Positions 39,654 to 53,407 of a DNA stretch of 64,000 nt are shown in pieces. Every line of letters begins with the position of its first letter. The stretch's first letter is position 1. The translations under genes were made by a program, and so were the position numbers. The DNA is taken from contig OZ024743.1 of the NCBI GenBank assembly GCA_964016885.1, positions 343,418,001 through 343,482,000 on the forward strand. Direction: 5' to 3'. A model generated the notes under the pieces. It saw only the letters and a list, made by a program, of their open reading frames with translations. It was not told the origin of the DNA and did not search any database. Origin of the DNA: Eledone cirrhosa (Eukaryota).

Positions 39654-40032
39654 CTGAAATAGAAAGTAAAACATAAGTATTATACATTGGGGATAGGTGT
39701 ATATGTAATAAAGAGGCATGGTTGTGGTTAAGGAGTTCGCTTTGCAACCATTTAGCTTCAAGTTCATTCTCACAGCATGACACCCTGGGCAAATGTCTTT
39801 TATAGCAAAAATTGATACATGGAAAACTTTAGAAGCCTGCCATATATATGTATTAGCGAGTATAGTTGTCAGAAATAATAAAACACTGTTCATAACTTGG
39901 TTAAAACAATATGATAATAAAACATTGTTTATAATTTGAATGTAGCACTTTTGCCCTTCACAAGAAGTATCATGGGAATTATCCTTTTGATATGTTCAGT
40001 GAAAGATGAAAGCGCTAGACTTAAATTATAAG

Positions 40033-40290
40033 CATGTTTTATTATTATATTTTTTATCCAAGTATTAAATTACTTCTTCTGACAATTATTCTTTATTTTG
40101 TACACTACCAAAAATACTAAAAAACTCATTAAAATAGTTGGTGTTAGGAAGGGCTTCATGTTTTATTATTATATTTTTTATCCAAGTATTAAACAATATT
40201 TTATTACTTATTTTGACAATTATTCTTTATTTTGTACACTACCAAAAATACTAAAAAACTCATTAAAATAGTTGGTGTTAGGAAGGGCTT
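40033..40290. repeat. ~125-135-bp tandem duplication
   Basis: CATGTTTTATT...GGAAGGGCTT occurs twice. Confidence 0.85.
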
Positions 40291-41297
40291 CCAGCTGTAA
40301 AAACTATGCCAAAAAGATTGAGAGGTGCCGTCAATCATGACACGGCAACCTCTCTAGTGCTGGTGCCCTGAAAAATGCATCTAATACACCTTGTTGTAAG
40401 ATGGTTGGTGATAGGAAAGGCATCTAACAGTAGAAATCATGCCAAAAAAAAAGGGATGAAAGGACACTTCGGTTGAGTCAAGGGCATGACAACCTCTTTA
40501 GTGTTGCTGACAATAAAATGCATCCAGTAGATTCAGTAAAGTGGTTAGTGATAGAAAGGGTTTCTAGCTGTAGAAAACTCGCCTAATGAGAGGATTCTTC
40601 AGCTGTGTCAAAGACTTCTCTCATTCTGGTGCCATGATAAAATGCACTCAGTGCACTCTGTAGAGAGTGTGAATGCATGTAATCAAGATGGGGGTCCCCA
40701 ACCCATCTGAGAGATCTGTCCTACCCTTGCTAGCAGAAAAAATAGATGTTAAATCATGATACATATATACATATACATGTGTATGTCCCCGTGTCTGCGT
40801 TTACGTTCCATAACTTAGTGGTTTGATGATAGGAGATCAATTAAAATTAATAACCGGTGCACTCTGCTAGAGAGCGAGAACATATATGAGATGCGGCTCC
40901 TGTTCCATCTGAGGGATTAAGTACTGACCTGGTCTGATCAACCCATCCAACCCATGCTAGCAGGGATAATTGGCAGTAAACGATGACGATGTGTGTGTGT
41001 GTATGTGTGCATGTCTATTTCTGTGTACCTTAACACTGACAATGTAAAAACAAGTGGTAACATTTATTTCTATCCAGCAGCTTTGTAGTATGACAAACAT
41101 CAGTGTTATCCACTGCACTAAAAAATAGAAAATGTTGTCATTAGAAAAGGTATCTGAATGTAAAACATTACCTAAAAAAAAAGTCTTATCTAATCCCATG
41201 CATAGAACATCAGACAGGTTGGGTGATGATGAAGATAAATATATGATCATCTTTGTAAATATTATGGTGTTAATGATTTACTACCAGTAGCTCTTAC

Positions 41298-41391
41298 CTT
41301 TGAAATCATCCGACTAACAAGGAACAATATAATCATTACAGAAAATATTACACCAAGGAGAGTTCCCATCAAGTAATGGAATGAAGAATTT
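41298..41391 (-). CDS. NEMP1: NEMP1-like exon 5
   Basis: Acceptor TTTTGACAG, donor GTAAGA, 94 nt; NSSFHYLMGTLLGVIFSVMIILFLVSRMISK. Confidence 0.9.
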
Positions 41392-43426
41392 CTGTCAAAA
41401 TGGAAGATTTCAGAATATAATTGGTTTAAATTAAAAAAATATAAACATAGACTTGAATATATCTATGATATGTGGCTGTGTGGTTAAGAAGTGCTTTAAA
41501 GTTCAGTTTCAGTGTCTAACACCATGGTCAAGTGTCTCTTACTATTTAGCTTCAGGCTGACCAATGCCTTATGAGTGAATTTGGTAGATGGAAAACTGAG
41601 GAGGCCCATCGTATATATATATAACAATATATATATATATATAAAACCATCTTTATTTTATATAGAATGACTTTTACAGGACTAAAACTATTTCATTTGA
41701 ATAAAATCATCATTTCTAAATAAAATAAAGATGCCTATACTCTACCAACGTATCATGTACCTTTTTAAACTATGGTCACTTCTCAATACCCATTGGGAAT
41801 CAACCCATAATTATATATATACATATATATAAGATAGATATTATGACTTACAGTCAAGCTTAACTCTTTAGCATTTAAACTGGCCAGAATTCTCTCACCT
41901 CTTTCTGTTCAAACTGGCTGCTGATACTAATGTTAAGGTATTGTTCCCAAAATAAATAATATAAAAATCTCATCGATTCGATATTATGTGAGGTAAAGCC
42001 TTTACCATGAAAATATAATAGTAAATGTAGAGTAATGTAAATGCTAAAGAGTGAACTAATTTTACTTGTGACCATAATGCTCTTTGTTAAAGGTATATAT
42101 GTTAGTAAATTCCATTTATTTTTCAGTCCAAAAATCTGGCATCTTGTTAAGTGAAAGGATGTCAATATGAAATATAGGAGCAGTAAGGTTAGTGTGCATA
42201 AATTTTGACCAACAGACTACAAGTTAAAACCTGGCCATAGTCATTGTATTAAACCAGAGGTTTCCAAACTGTTGTGACACTTTAGTTGTCACCAATAATC
42301 TGTAGGTGTATCACAAAATTAAGTCAAATCGGATAAATCGGATTAATTTTTATGGATATTTGGCCGATAAGTATTTTTGAGATCTTACAGTTAAATATGC
42401 AACTCATGACACATGATTTAATATTTAATTGTTTATTTATTAATTTTGTGTCACTTACAAAACTTAATGTATCCTAAGAAAGTTTAATTTTAAATGAATT
42501 GATAAGTTTATGAAAAAATTTATCCAAATTTGAAAATTACCTGCATTTATAATGTAAAGCTGCCTATAATGCATATAATGAATATAAAATAGTCAAATAT
42601 ATTACTCTTGAAGTCACCCGTCCTCCTCATTTCCATCTCCAAGAGTAATTTACCTGGCTTATTCAACTATTTTATAGGTTATTATATGAATTGTGGCAAT
42701 TTTTCATAATAAAAGTAAATAAATAACAGATTTAAAATTTAACAATGTGTGCTGCAAATGTGAAATGAAGAAAGTTTTGTATTAAACCTTTGATCAAGAT
42801 ACACATTATTTTGTATGTCTTAGTCAGCCTAACCAGAAAACAGTGGTTAATCATAAACTCAACTTAGTTTACCCATCATGGAGTCTTTTTAGAGGCAATG
42901 TTTTATGGCCAGATACTCATCTTAGTGCTGGTGACTAAAAGAGTTGGTACCAGAAATGGCATCCAGTGATTAAACCTGGCCTCATAAAGGATTTCATGAT
43001 GAATATTAAGCCAGTCAGGCTAACTCCTGCTTTAGCAGGGAAAATGGCATTGAAAAAGTTTGTTAACAGTAAATTCAATGCTTGCTCCTTTGTAGGAAAT
43101 ATACAAAAATTACATGTTAAATGGCCAAAATATGAAAGCACATAGCCTAGTGGCTAGGGTGTTGGACTCATAATGATAAGGTCATGAGTTTTGAATCTTG
43201 GACAAGGTGGTAAATGGTGTTCTTGAGCAAGGCAATTCATTTCATGTTGCTCTAGAAAGGGAGTTTTTTTAATGATAAAACACCCAAGAAATTCCCTATG
43301 AGATGCCAACTTTATAGGAGGCCAGCTAAACTTACATTTATATGAGTTCCAACAACAAATGCTCCCCCCCCCCCCCCCTCCCAACCAAAAGGAAAAAAGG
43401 TAGTGATAAAAATCAGTTCTACATAC

Positions 43427-43499
43427 TGGCTCCAGTTCTTTGCATTGAGAAACAGCAGGATTCCAAGACAAAATATAATGACCAGCCATAATTCAATTC
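43427..43499 (-). CDS. NEMP1: NEMP1-like exon 4
   Basis: Acceptor TTTCATAG, donor GTATGT, 73 nt; GIELWLVIIFCLGILLFLNAKNWS (TM helix). Confidence 0.88.
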
Positions 43500-43698
43500 C
43501 TATGAAAAAAAAAAGGTTATAGGAACAGTTCAATATATAAGACATTTTTTCAAATGAGAAAACAAAAAATATGTCCATACACTTCTACACAAGATGTGGG
43601 AAAAGAAAACAATTTCTTTAAGGATTAGTAATTGCTTCTAATAGTTTTCCCTTGGCTCCAGAACCCTGAATTCCAGAAATGCCCAATCATCATCATCA

Positions 43699-43790
43699 TA
43701 TGGGTGTCCCAAAAATGTATACACCATTCTAATAAATATTGCCTGTACAGATAATCAAAGTATGTATACATTTTTGGGGGGCACCCTGTA
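43699..43790. mobile_element. Tiny Tc1-type MITE
   Basis: TIRs GGGTGTCCCAAAAATGTATACA / TGTATACATTTTTGGGGGGCACCC, TA flanks. Confidence 0.7.
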
Positions 43791-46484
43791 TATGTGTGTG
43801 TGTATATATATATGTTTCCAAGTGGAGTGAAAACATATATGTCGGGTCACTCGAGTGCTACTGGTAACATGTAACCCAGTACAACCTGTTGTATGGTCGG
43901 GTCGTCGGCGACTAAACCGGCAACCCCACCAAGTTTACTTGGTGAGGAGGGAGACTTTGGACACCCTGCAGGACAAAAAACAAAACCTGACAAAGGTCAG
44001 AAGAACTCATAAGAGTCAACAGCCATCCAAAAGTGTGTAAATATGTATATACACATGTACTGTGCGGTTAAACCACTGGCAGTGAAGGACACCCTAGACT
44101 TTGTCAGGGCATTCTTCTAGAAGGCAACTCAGGCAACTGGGATAACTCTGATATAAAACCTACGGCTCAGTAGTTACCGATGATGTTGATTTTTTCTTCT
44201 TTTCGGGTTATAGCTACTGTCGCTCAGAGAGTGGAATTGGCTCAGTGCACAGTCTTTCCTCACTTTAAAAAAATATCTTCACGCACAGGCATTGTACGAT
44301 AGAATTAATTAATAATTATTAATAATGGTATATCGTGCAATGGCCATACTCGATAACAAGGTGGCAGCCATCATATATATATATATATATCCAAAACAGG
44401 AATGTGTACAGGACAAAGACAATGAAAAAAAAAACCCTGGAACAACAGACAGTCTCTTCTCATCAGTCAACCTCAGGAAATCACTCTAGTATCAGAGCAT
44501 CAAATGTGTATGTATGTATATATATATATGTGTGTGTGTGTGTATGTATATATAATCATCACTGTTTAACATCTATTTTCTATGCAATTATGGGTTAGAT
44601 GAGTTGTTCCGTTGTGAGAAAAGTCAGATCAGATGACCATACAGAACTGTTTCTGGTTTCGTTTCTATGACTTGATGCCCTTCCTAATGCCAACCAAATT
44701 TACAGCATGGACTGGGCACCAAAATGACCAACTGACAGGTTGGACTGAGTACTTTTTTCATTGTGTAACCAGTATGACCATTTTACAGGGTGGACTGGAT
44801 GCATACATACATATAAACATCATCGTTTAACGTCCATTTTTCCACTTCCATGGGTTAGACAGGTAGTCAAATTATAAGGCAAGTCATGTCCGGTGACTTT
44901 GTCTTGCTCATACGTATCTGTATTTTGGCTTAGTTTCTATGACTGGATGCCCTTCCTAATGCCAACCACCTTACAGTGTGGACTGAGTGCTTTTTATCGT
45001 GGCACCAAAACGACCATCTAACAGGGATGACTAGGGGCTTTTTGTTATGTCACCAGCACAACCACCTTACAGGGTAGACTAGGTGCGCTTTTTTTCTCAT
45101 GTCGCCGACACGACCATTTTACTGGGTGAACTGGGTGCTTTTCTTTTCATGTCACATCATCATCATACCTGTTTAATGTTCATTTTCCATGCTAGCATGG
45201 ATTTGACGGTTGTCCTATTTGAAGCAAGTGAAGGTCAGATGACCATGTCTTGTTCATACAGAATCGATTTTGGCTTGGTTCATATGGCTGGATGCCCTTC
45301 CTAACACCAACCACATTTACAGTGAGCATTTACACTGGGTGCATTTTGTATTGTGGGTTGGGTGCTTTTTGTCATGACACCTACACGACCACTTTACAGT
45401 GTGGGCTGGCTGCTTTTTGTCGTATCACCAACATGACCACCTTACAGGATGGACTGGGTGCTTTTGTTGTGGCACAGGATCAACATATAGGATGGACTTA
45501 ATGCTTTATGTCCTGTCAATGGCATTGTGGGAGATCAGACGTAGAGCATGTCCAACTTTTATGCTTGTAGGCCTGTGTTGTGCAGGAGAGGTGTATCAAG
45601 GGTGAGGTTGGGGGTGGGGAGGAGCAAGTAAGCAAGTTCAACGTGGTTGAGGTGCATGGGATATGTAGCTGGTAAGGACAGGGTATTAAGATGAGGAGGG
45701 GTGAAGAGAAGATTGGTGCAGACTAATGTCCTCTATATGTTTGTTTCCTTCTATGGACATGGGAAGGGGGCAAGGCAGGTCTTCTGTAGTACAACATAAT
45801 ACCAGGGATCTTCATCCTGCATCATCTCCTTTGTGAGGTTTAATTGCGCAAAGTCAGCTTTTATTACTTCATCCAAAGCTTTCCTAGGTCTTCCTCTTCC
45901 ATAGTTTCCCTCAACATTGAATGCCCTGCACCTTTTTATACAGCTGTCCTCCACCATATACATCATATTTCCATATCAATGCAGTTTCTAATTCATCGAT
46001 AATACTAACTAATTTGATATATTCAGCAGAACATGCTAGCCTCATTTTACCAGCATTGAAAAATAGATGCTAAATGATGATAATGATACCATTCCCTGCA
46101 TTCAATGTCCACATCTCACTATCATGCAGCATTGATCTTCATTTGTAGGCATCATGATTCTGCAGAGACATAGTGACAGTCACTGAGGAAGGAGAGAACA
46201 AATGAATGGATGGAAGCTGAAGATAGAGTCAAAGTAAAACATACTTGTACATTAAATTCTTCACTGAACTTGCTGCCAACCCCAAACTTACAGCAACCTC
46301 ATACAGTGGCTTACACAGCTCTCACATACCATTCATATATATTATTTTCGGAAGGGTCTATCTTACTACAGAACCTGTAACTGTGACAAAGCCCTTCTCT
46401 TGATTAAGAATAGCAAAAGTTAGGGCATTAGTTCTTTGGTAAAAATTTCTCTTGTAGCTGTCTCAGTAAGTTTAATTTAAAATA

Positions 46485-46670
46485 TATATATATATAAAAT
46501 TTAAGCCACAATCACACTTCATATACTGTATATATATATATATTAAATTTAAGCCCAAATCACACTTTATATATATTAAATTTAAGCCCAAATCACACTT
46601 TATATATATTAAATTTAAGCCCAAATCACACTTTATATATATTAAATTTAAGCCCAAACCACACTATATA
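46485..46670. repeat. 33-bp AT-rich minisatellite, about 5 copies
   Basis: Unit ATATATTAAATTTAAGCCCAAATCACACTTTAT. Confidence 0.9.
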
Positions 46671-46791
46671 TTTAAAGCAAAAAAAAAATAATAAAGAAAT
46701 CTAAGGAACTGTCAACACTCTAATTAAGGTGGGCTTGTTTTTTCCATCAGCCAAAAAGCAAAGTTAGAAATTTTCAGGTGTTCACACATAC

Positions 46792-46993
46792 CTTTTATTC
46801 TCAGTTGTATAGAAAAATTAGATGCAGTAGTGATGGCAACACATGTAGAATTAAAAGGCTGCAAAGAGATTTCTTTGCTTTGGAACAATTTGTTTCGTAT
46901 CATATTGAGATCAAATGTAGAAACACTTGCTTCAGTTTCCATAGCATTTGCACCAAAGGTAACTGTATAGTCCTCATTGATGTTCAATTTTAA
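46792..46993 (-). CDS. NEMP1: NEMP1-like exon 3
   Basis: Acceptor TTTTTAG, donor GTATGT, 202 nt; ...KEISLQPFNSTCVAI... Confidence 0.88.
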
Positions 46994-47029
46994 CTAAAAA
47001 TAAAAGTAAAGGACTCATTAGTTAAGGTA

Positions 47030-47390
47030 ATCATCATCATTTTACGTCCGCTTTTCCCTGCTTGCAAGGGTGGGACGGGAACTGATTCTGGTTTGATTTC
47101 TACAGCTGAATGCTCTTCCTAACACCAACCTCATTTACAGTGAGTGCTGGGTGCTTTTTTTTCCGTGGCGCCTACATGTCCACTTTACAGTGTGGGCTGG
47201 GTGCATTTGCAGTGGAATGATAGGGAACCCAGTCCTATCATCTCATTTCTACAGCTGAGTAAACTGGAGCAATGTGAAATAAAGTGTCTTGCTCAAGGAA
47301 ACAACACATCGCCTGCCCGGTCTGAGAATTGAACTCACAACCTTTCGATTGCAAGGCCAATACTCTAACCACTAAGCCATGTGCCTCCAT
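47030..47390 (-). mobile_element. Full-length SINE, same family as 19875-20216
   Basis: Collinear reverse-complement copy. Confidence 0.85.
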
Positions 47391-47825
47391 GTTTTGAATA
47401 TTTGTAACCTTTATACAATCTAAATCAAAAGGAGATAATGTGTAGGCAGGGTTGTGTAGTTAAGAGGTTTGCTTCACAACCACATAGTTTTGGGTTCAAC
47501 CCCACTGCACGGCACCTGAGACAACTGCCTTCAATATATTTGACCAATACCCTATGAAAGAAACTTTGTCTGGTAGAAACTGTGCAGGAGCTCTTTGTCT
47601 ATATATTCATATGCACACACACAAGTTTGTGTGTTTCCCTGCTTACTTGTTCCATAACTTAGTAGTTCAACAAATGGAGATCGATAAAACAAGTACCAGA
47701 TTAGAAAAGGATACAAAAAAGAACAGGGATTGATCTGATCAACTAAATTCCTTAAAGGTAGTGCCCAAGCATAGCTACAGTAATTAGACTGTAGCCAGTA
47801 AAAGAATTAGTTGAACACTGTAGCA

Positions 47826-48230
47826 TTAACTCTTAACATCCTATAATGATTTATCAGAAAACATCTAAAAACAGGTTTGTTAATTCAAATGTTTAGTGTC
47901 TTTACTAGTGGACAGATCATTGTGAAAATTTGCAATAAACTGAAGACTTTAATTTTTTATATGAAGTCGTAGTTCCATTCTGTATATTTCAAGAATGTCT
48001 AACTAGTGTAGTATAAGGATGTTGAGAGTTAACTCTTAACACCCTGTACCACACCAAACTGTATTAGCAAAACATTCTTGAAAAGTACAAAAGCATGATT
48101 GCATCACATTAAACATTAAAGTCTTTACTCTAATATGGAAAATGTTCACAATGATGTAGTGATGATGTTATAAACATTTGAATTAACAAATGCTTTTGTA
48201 GATATTTTCTGCTAAAGGTCATTACAGTAG
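47826..48230. mobile_element. Two TTAA MITEs in inverted orientation sharing a central TTAA
   Basis: TTAACTCTTAACATCCT...AGGATGTTGAGAG-TTAA-CTCTTAACACCCT...; the second copy is a reverse-complement-like copy of the first. Confidence 0.65.
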
Positions 48231-49188
48231 TGATGTTTGTTTATGCTCTTCATAAACAATATCCCACAGTTTAGCAGTTTGACAAACATCAGCAATATAC
48301 TCAAATTTTATAATATGAAGGACATCCAGCCATACAACAGCTTCAAAAATTCTCATCCATCCTATGCCAGCATAGAAAACTGGATATAAGGAAAACAACT
48401 ATGATGATGTTCATCGTCTAACGTCCATTTCCATGCTAGCATGGGTAGAACGGGCTGTCCTTTTGTAAGAGATCAAGTTGGAGGACTGTCTTTCACTCAC
48501 ACAGAACTGATTTTGGCTTGGTTTCTATGGATGGATGCCCTTCTTAATACCAACCACATTTACAATGTGTACTGGGCGCTTTTTGTCGTGACACCTACAC
48601 GATCACTTTACAGTGTGGGCTGGGCGCTTGTAATATACTGGCTATACCAAATTCTCTGCACACATCATGACTATCTTGTGTTTTCAAACACAAAGCAACT
48701 AGCCATTTATTATCCAAAGTGTTTTTTTCTTAAGATGGCCCGGTATGATTTGAAGTAAGTTGGGCTGCCATTTAAAGTATGAACAACTTCATAAAAACTC
48801 AAAATTCTGTACATTATCTAGGTTGTGAGTTCTAATTTGCCAAAATCTACTTTTCATTTCATGCATGTCTTGTAAGACCATGAATCTGTACCTGGAAAAT
48901 TCCTCTCCAAAGTCCGCAGGAAATTTTTTGGGGAAGGACCAATACTTCCCCCCCTTGATAAGGGAAAAGCAAAGGCTGATCAGGATGCAATAACAATTCC
49001 ACTAATGCACAGCCCTGAACAGGTACTTTATTGACCCTAAAAGTACGAAAGGCATTGTTGATCTCGCTGGAATTTGAATTTAGTGTGCAAACAGATAGAA
49101 CAAATACCACAGGGCATTTATTCTAATATCATAACAACTCTGCCACCTTTTCCATGTGTACAAGCTCAATAAAATAACTCTCAAATTA

Positions 49189-50971
49189 CACCATGTAACA
49201 AAAAAATTTTTTTCTCTGTTCCTGGCTTGTAATCACTTTTTTTGTGTTGTTTAGGTCCCAAATAAATAAAAAAAGTGCTATTAAACAGTTAAAAGTTTGG
49301 GTTTGTATAAATACTAAGCTATTCACTAGAATTATTTGTATGCTGGATTTTACGTTGTATGTAAGTTTAATTTGCTGATGTTAAATGATTTTTTTTTATA
49401 TATGTTTCAGGTTAAATTAAAATTATAAAATAAAGAATAATACCTAAAGAAAATTATAAAAGTGCAATAAAGTATAAAATTGTTAAAAAGTGGATTAAAG
49501 AGATTTATTGATACTGGGGTACCAGAAAAAGTTCCTCACTTCCCAAACCAAAAAGAAGTCAATGACTTGGTCAGGGATATGGGTCTGACCAAGTCCAATG
49601 TAGAGCTATTCGTCTCCAGGATGAAGCAGTGGAACTTGGTCAAGGAGGAAGTGCAGGTGACTAGTCAGAGAAGTCGACACGAACCTTTCTCAGGCTTTTA
49701 CACTCTTAGGGATGGCCTCTGCTTCTGCCATGACGGGCTTGGACTGTTTGACGTTATTGGGGTGTCGTTTGTGCCCAAGGAGTGGCGGCTATTTATAGAC
49801 AGCTCCACCACATGTTTGAAGGCTGTCCTCCTCCACAATGGAAACAAGTTCCCGACACTGCCCCTAGCTCATTCAGTCTGCCTGAAGGAAGATTACTACA
49901 GTGTGAAAGTCCTCTTGGAAGCTCTGCAATACAAACAGTACAATTGGGAAATCATTGGAACCTTCAAGATGGTGGCTTTCCTGCTTGGACGCCAAGGAGG
50001 CTTTATCAAATTCCAATGCTTCCTCTGCCTTTGGGACAGCAGAGCCACCTCTGACCACTACAAAAGAAAGAACTGGGAGCAGCGAACAGAATTTGTAGTT
50101 GGGACCTGGAACGTCATGTGGGAGCTACTGGTTGATCCCAGGATTGTGCTCATGCCACCACTGCACATTAAGTTGGGGTTGATGAAGCAGTTTGTGAAGG
50201 CTCTCAACCAAGAATCAGCCGCTTTTAAGTACCTTCTTGAGTTCATCCCCAAGTTATCTGAGGCCAAAATCAAAGGTGAAATTTTTGTTGGACCACAGAT
50301 AAAGAAGGTGTTTGAGTCTACCGAGTTCTCCAATAAGCTCAATAGGATTGAGAGAACAGCATGGAACTGTTTCAAGGCAGTTGTTAAGAGCTTCCTGAGC
50401 AACTACAGAGCTGAAAACTACCAGCAACTGGTGCAGGATCTGATAAAGGCTTTTGGCGCCATGGGATGCAGGATGTTGCTTAAACTCCATATGCTGGACG
50501 CTCACCTGGAAAAATTCAAGGACAATATGGGCGCCTACTCAGAAGAACAAGGCGAACGATTCCACCAAGATGTGAAAGAGATAGAGTGGAGGTACCAGGG
50601 CCACTACAATGAAAAAATGATGGGGGACTATATCTGTAGGCTAGTGTGGGAATGCGACCTGGACTACAACCGCAAATCCAGTCATTTCTGACATGTATAA
50701 GTTGCTTTATAAGTGTTATTTGTTTTTACTTGTTTGCTTTTGATAAGCTTGTGTAATAAAATAAATATATACTCTGTTGATTTAATTATATGAACTGATA
50801 AATTTTTTTTAAATGTGTTTTTTGTTGAAAAATATGAAAATTTCGAAATATCAAACTCCTGACCACAAACCCAAACTTCTGATTAAATAATAGTGTTTTT
50901 TTAATAATAATGGGATATAATAAACCAGTAATTGACACTTAGAACCGGGGAACAAAAAATGTTACACAGTG
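49189..50971 (+). mobile_element. DNA transposon with TIRs and a ~400-codon open transposase ORF (49480-50691); family often labelled TcMar-m44
   Basis: TIRs CACCATGTAACA..TTTTT..GTTCC / GGAACAAAAAATGTTACACAGTG; motifs WRLFIDSS, CFLCLWDSR, LHIKLGLMK, SEEQGERFHQD. Confidence 0.85.
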
Positions 50972-51017
50972 TTATCAGATGACAATACAGAGAAGACAGT
51001 AAAGAAAAACAACTTAC

Positions 51018-51148
51018 AACGGGTGATAACCAGAGTTTATATATATTTCGCTTCTCTCCTGGATAACAAAATATCCAAGTTTTCTCTTGTGACAAATTCT
51101 CCACATTTTGGATGGAAATAAAAGGCTTTGTGGGATCTATTACAGAAC
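51018..51148 (-). CDS. NEMP1: NEMP1-like exon 2
   Basis: Acceptor TTTTCTAG, donor GTAAGT, 131 nt; (C)SVIDPTKPF...WIFCYPGEKRNIYKLWLSPV, with an FCY...W motif as in NEMP. Confidence 0.85.
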
Positions 51149-52149
51149 CTAGAAAACAATGAGTAAAAGTTGATAATTTAACCTTTGGTATTTCCATATA
51201 ATTTTTAAAATTATCAAGAATTTGGAAGGATTTAATAACATAAAAGTCTGTCTTAAGCCAGAAGGCTTGTTAGGCCAGTACTTATCCTGGTTTTATGTCG
51301 TGAAGCAACTGAGAGTACAATACTTCCTCCTGGACATGACGCCAGTCTATCGCAGGGTTAAAGCCCCAGCTATTGCTGGTACTCATTTTCAGCTGAGTAT
51401 ACTGGAGCAACATCAAATGAAGTGTTTTGCTCACGAACACAACATGCAACCCGGCCCAGGAATTGAACCCACGACATTATGATTGTAAGTCCAACACCCT
51501 TACAACTAGGCCATGCGCCTCCAGTTTGATAATATAAAATTATGATGGAAGATTTATATATAGCCTTGAATGTAATTGGCTAGATGGTAACCGTGTATCA
51601 GCTAGTTAAATAGACTATATCTGTAATCCAAAGGTCCAACCTTGTCACACTGAGGAATACTTAGCTTCTTTGTATTCTAATTCAATGAAAAAGGGACATA
51701 CACACTCCTTATGTTAGTGGCATGTTTAGTCTGGATAAGCTCTGCATCTTATTTACTCAGTCAGGGCTGATGCCTGCTCTAACCAGATTTTATATCCCTT
51801 CAATTCTTGAGCCAATCATTTTGTGCAGAGATCATGAGAAGAGGCCTGACAGACCCTTTGCCTTTGCATTAGATGTAGGTGTCATTTGTTCACACATTCT
51901 AGATACTATGGTGGAGGTGGTGATCACTGCATCCATACTGAACTGAATAAATTACTGAAACACTGTAATTTATCAGTAAATTACATTTTTCAATCTTTAG
52001 AATTTGAGGCATTCAGAGGACGTGGACCATCAAGTTTTTATCATTGTTGGTGGCTTGCTTTATTAAAGTGTCAGGTGATGTTCATGAAGCTTTAAAATCA
52101 CACACAGAAATGCTGGCAGTGCTTTGGGTTGTCTCAAACATTTTTCAAG

Positions 52150-53203
52150 AGTAACATCAGCATTCCCTGTTGCAGGGTGCAGGTCTTTATTTCTTTTCTT
52201 TCAGGCTCATTTTTTAAAATTGATTTGTTTCTTTTGTAAATCATACTCATTATAAAAAAATGTATTATTTTTTTCCGATACCCTGTGGTGGAACCTGTGA
52301 TTTGATTCACCAATCTGTCAACATGTGGCAAGATGCCAGGAAACACGGAGCAATGTTAGGCCATCACTAAACAGCACACAAAAAGAGGAAAATATTGAGG
52401 AAGTGTGAAGGTTAGTTATACAAGACCCTCAAGCTATTATGAGGATGATATCTGAAGCTGTTGGTATTAATATTGGCACAGTGGAGACCACTTTGAAGCT
52501 TTGGAGCTCTACAAAGTTGGTGCCAAATTTGTGCAAAAGATTCTGACGATCAGAGGCAGTTTCATATGGAATAATGCATTGATATTCTCGATATGATAGG
52601 GGCTGATTCTGGTTTCCCAAATAAACTAGTGACATGCATGCAACAAGTGTTGAGTATTCACCTATGACCCTGAGAGCAAATGTTAGAGCCCAATGAAAAG
52701 CAAAAATGAGCAGGTTGCAAGAGAAGGCCATGATCAATCCTTTCTTCAACTCCCAGGCATCAATTTATATTGAATGAGTGTTTGAGGGCCAAACTATCAA
52801 TAAGGAGCATTACCTTGAAGTTCTGAAAAGGTTCAGAAGGCGGATGGGAAAGAAGAGGTTCCACCAGGACATTGCCCCATACCGCAAGTCAATGCTGGTG
52901 ACCGCCTGGATGGCCAACAATGGACTGAAAGTCTTACAACACACAACCTACAGCCCTGACCTGGCATCTTGTGACTTTCTCCTGTACCTACACATAAAAT
53001 ATAGCTTCAGGGGAATCAGATTTGAGTGAGCATAAGAGGCATCAGCGAATTTCCTGATGGGACTGCAGAAGGACTAGGAGTGGGGAAGAGGCTTGCGTAT
53101 GTGTGTAGATGTGGGAGGTCATTATTTGAAAATTTTGTAAGCTTATGAAAATAAATATAGTCTCTCCTGAAATTTTCTCATTACTTCTTGAACATACCTC
53201 GTA
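52150..53203 (+). mobile_element. Decayed mariner element
   Basis: HQDIAP and YSPDLASCDF motifs; right TIR ...CTTGAACATACCTCG-TA. Confidence 0.85.
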
Positions 53204-53407
53204 CTTTTCAGCTATCACGTATATGTGTTTTGCATAAGGCTCTGCAGGAATATATGTAATATTTAGCAATATTCAGTCAAAGCGATGACAAACTACATTT
53301 TTTCACGCTCAGAGTTGCTGAAGCATGGAAGAAACTATCTGCATTAGCTGTTAGGACACTGCATCCTTCAAAACTTCCAAAAATCCGCTAACACTACACA
53401 TGGTATT

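Noticed and set aside
39654-39893. N-terminal extension of the 194-aa ORF
   Set aside because: It is intronic, containing a SINE head, and lies upstream of the exon 6 acceptor at 39654-39655.
43840-44200. Possible HDV-like ribozyme in RTE 5'-UTR-like sequence
   Set aside because: I could not build the nested double pseudoknot by eye; a descriptor search would be needed.
44960-45470. ~40-bp repeats resembling a CRISPR array (also 25245-25400 and 61545-61710)
   Set aside because: These are degenerate tandem units of a SINE/LINE tail with no unique spacers, no cas genes, and a eukaryotic context.
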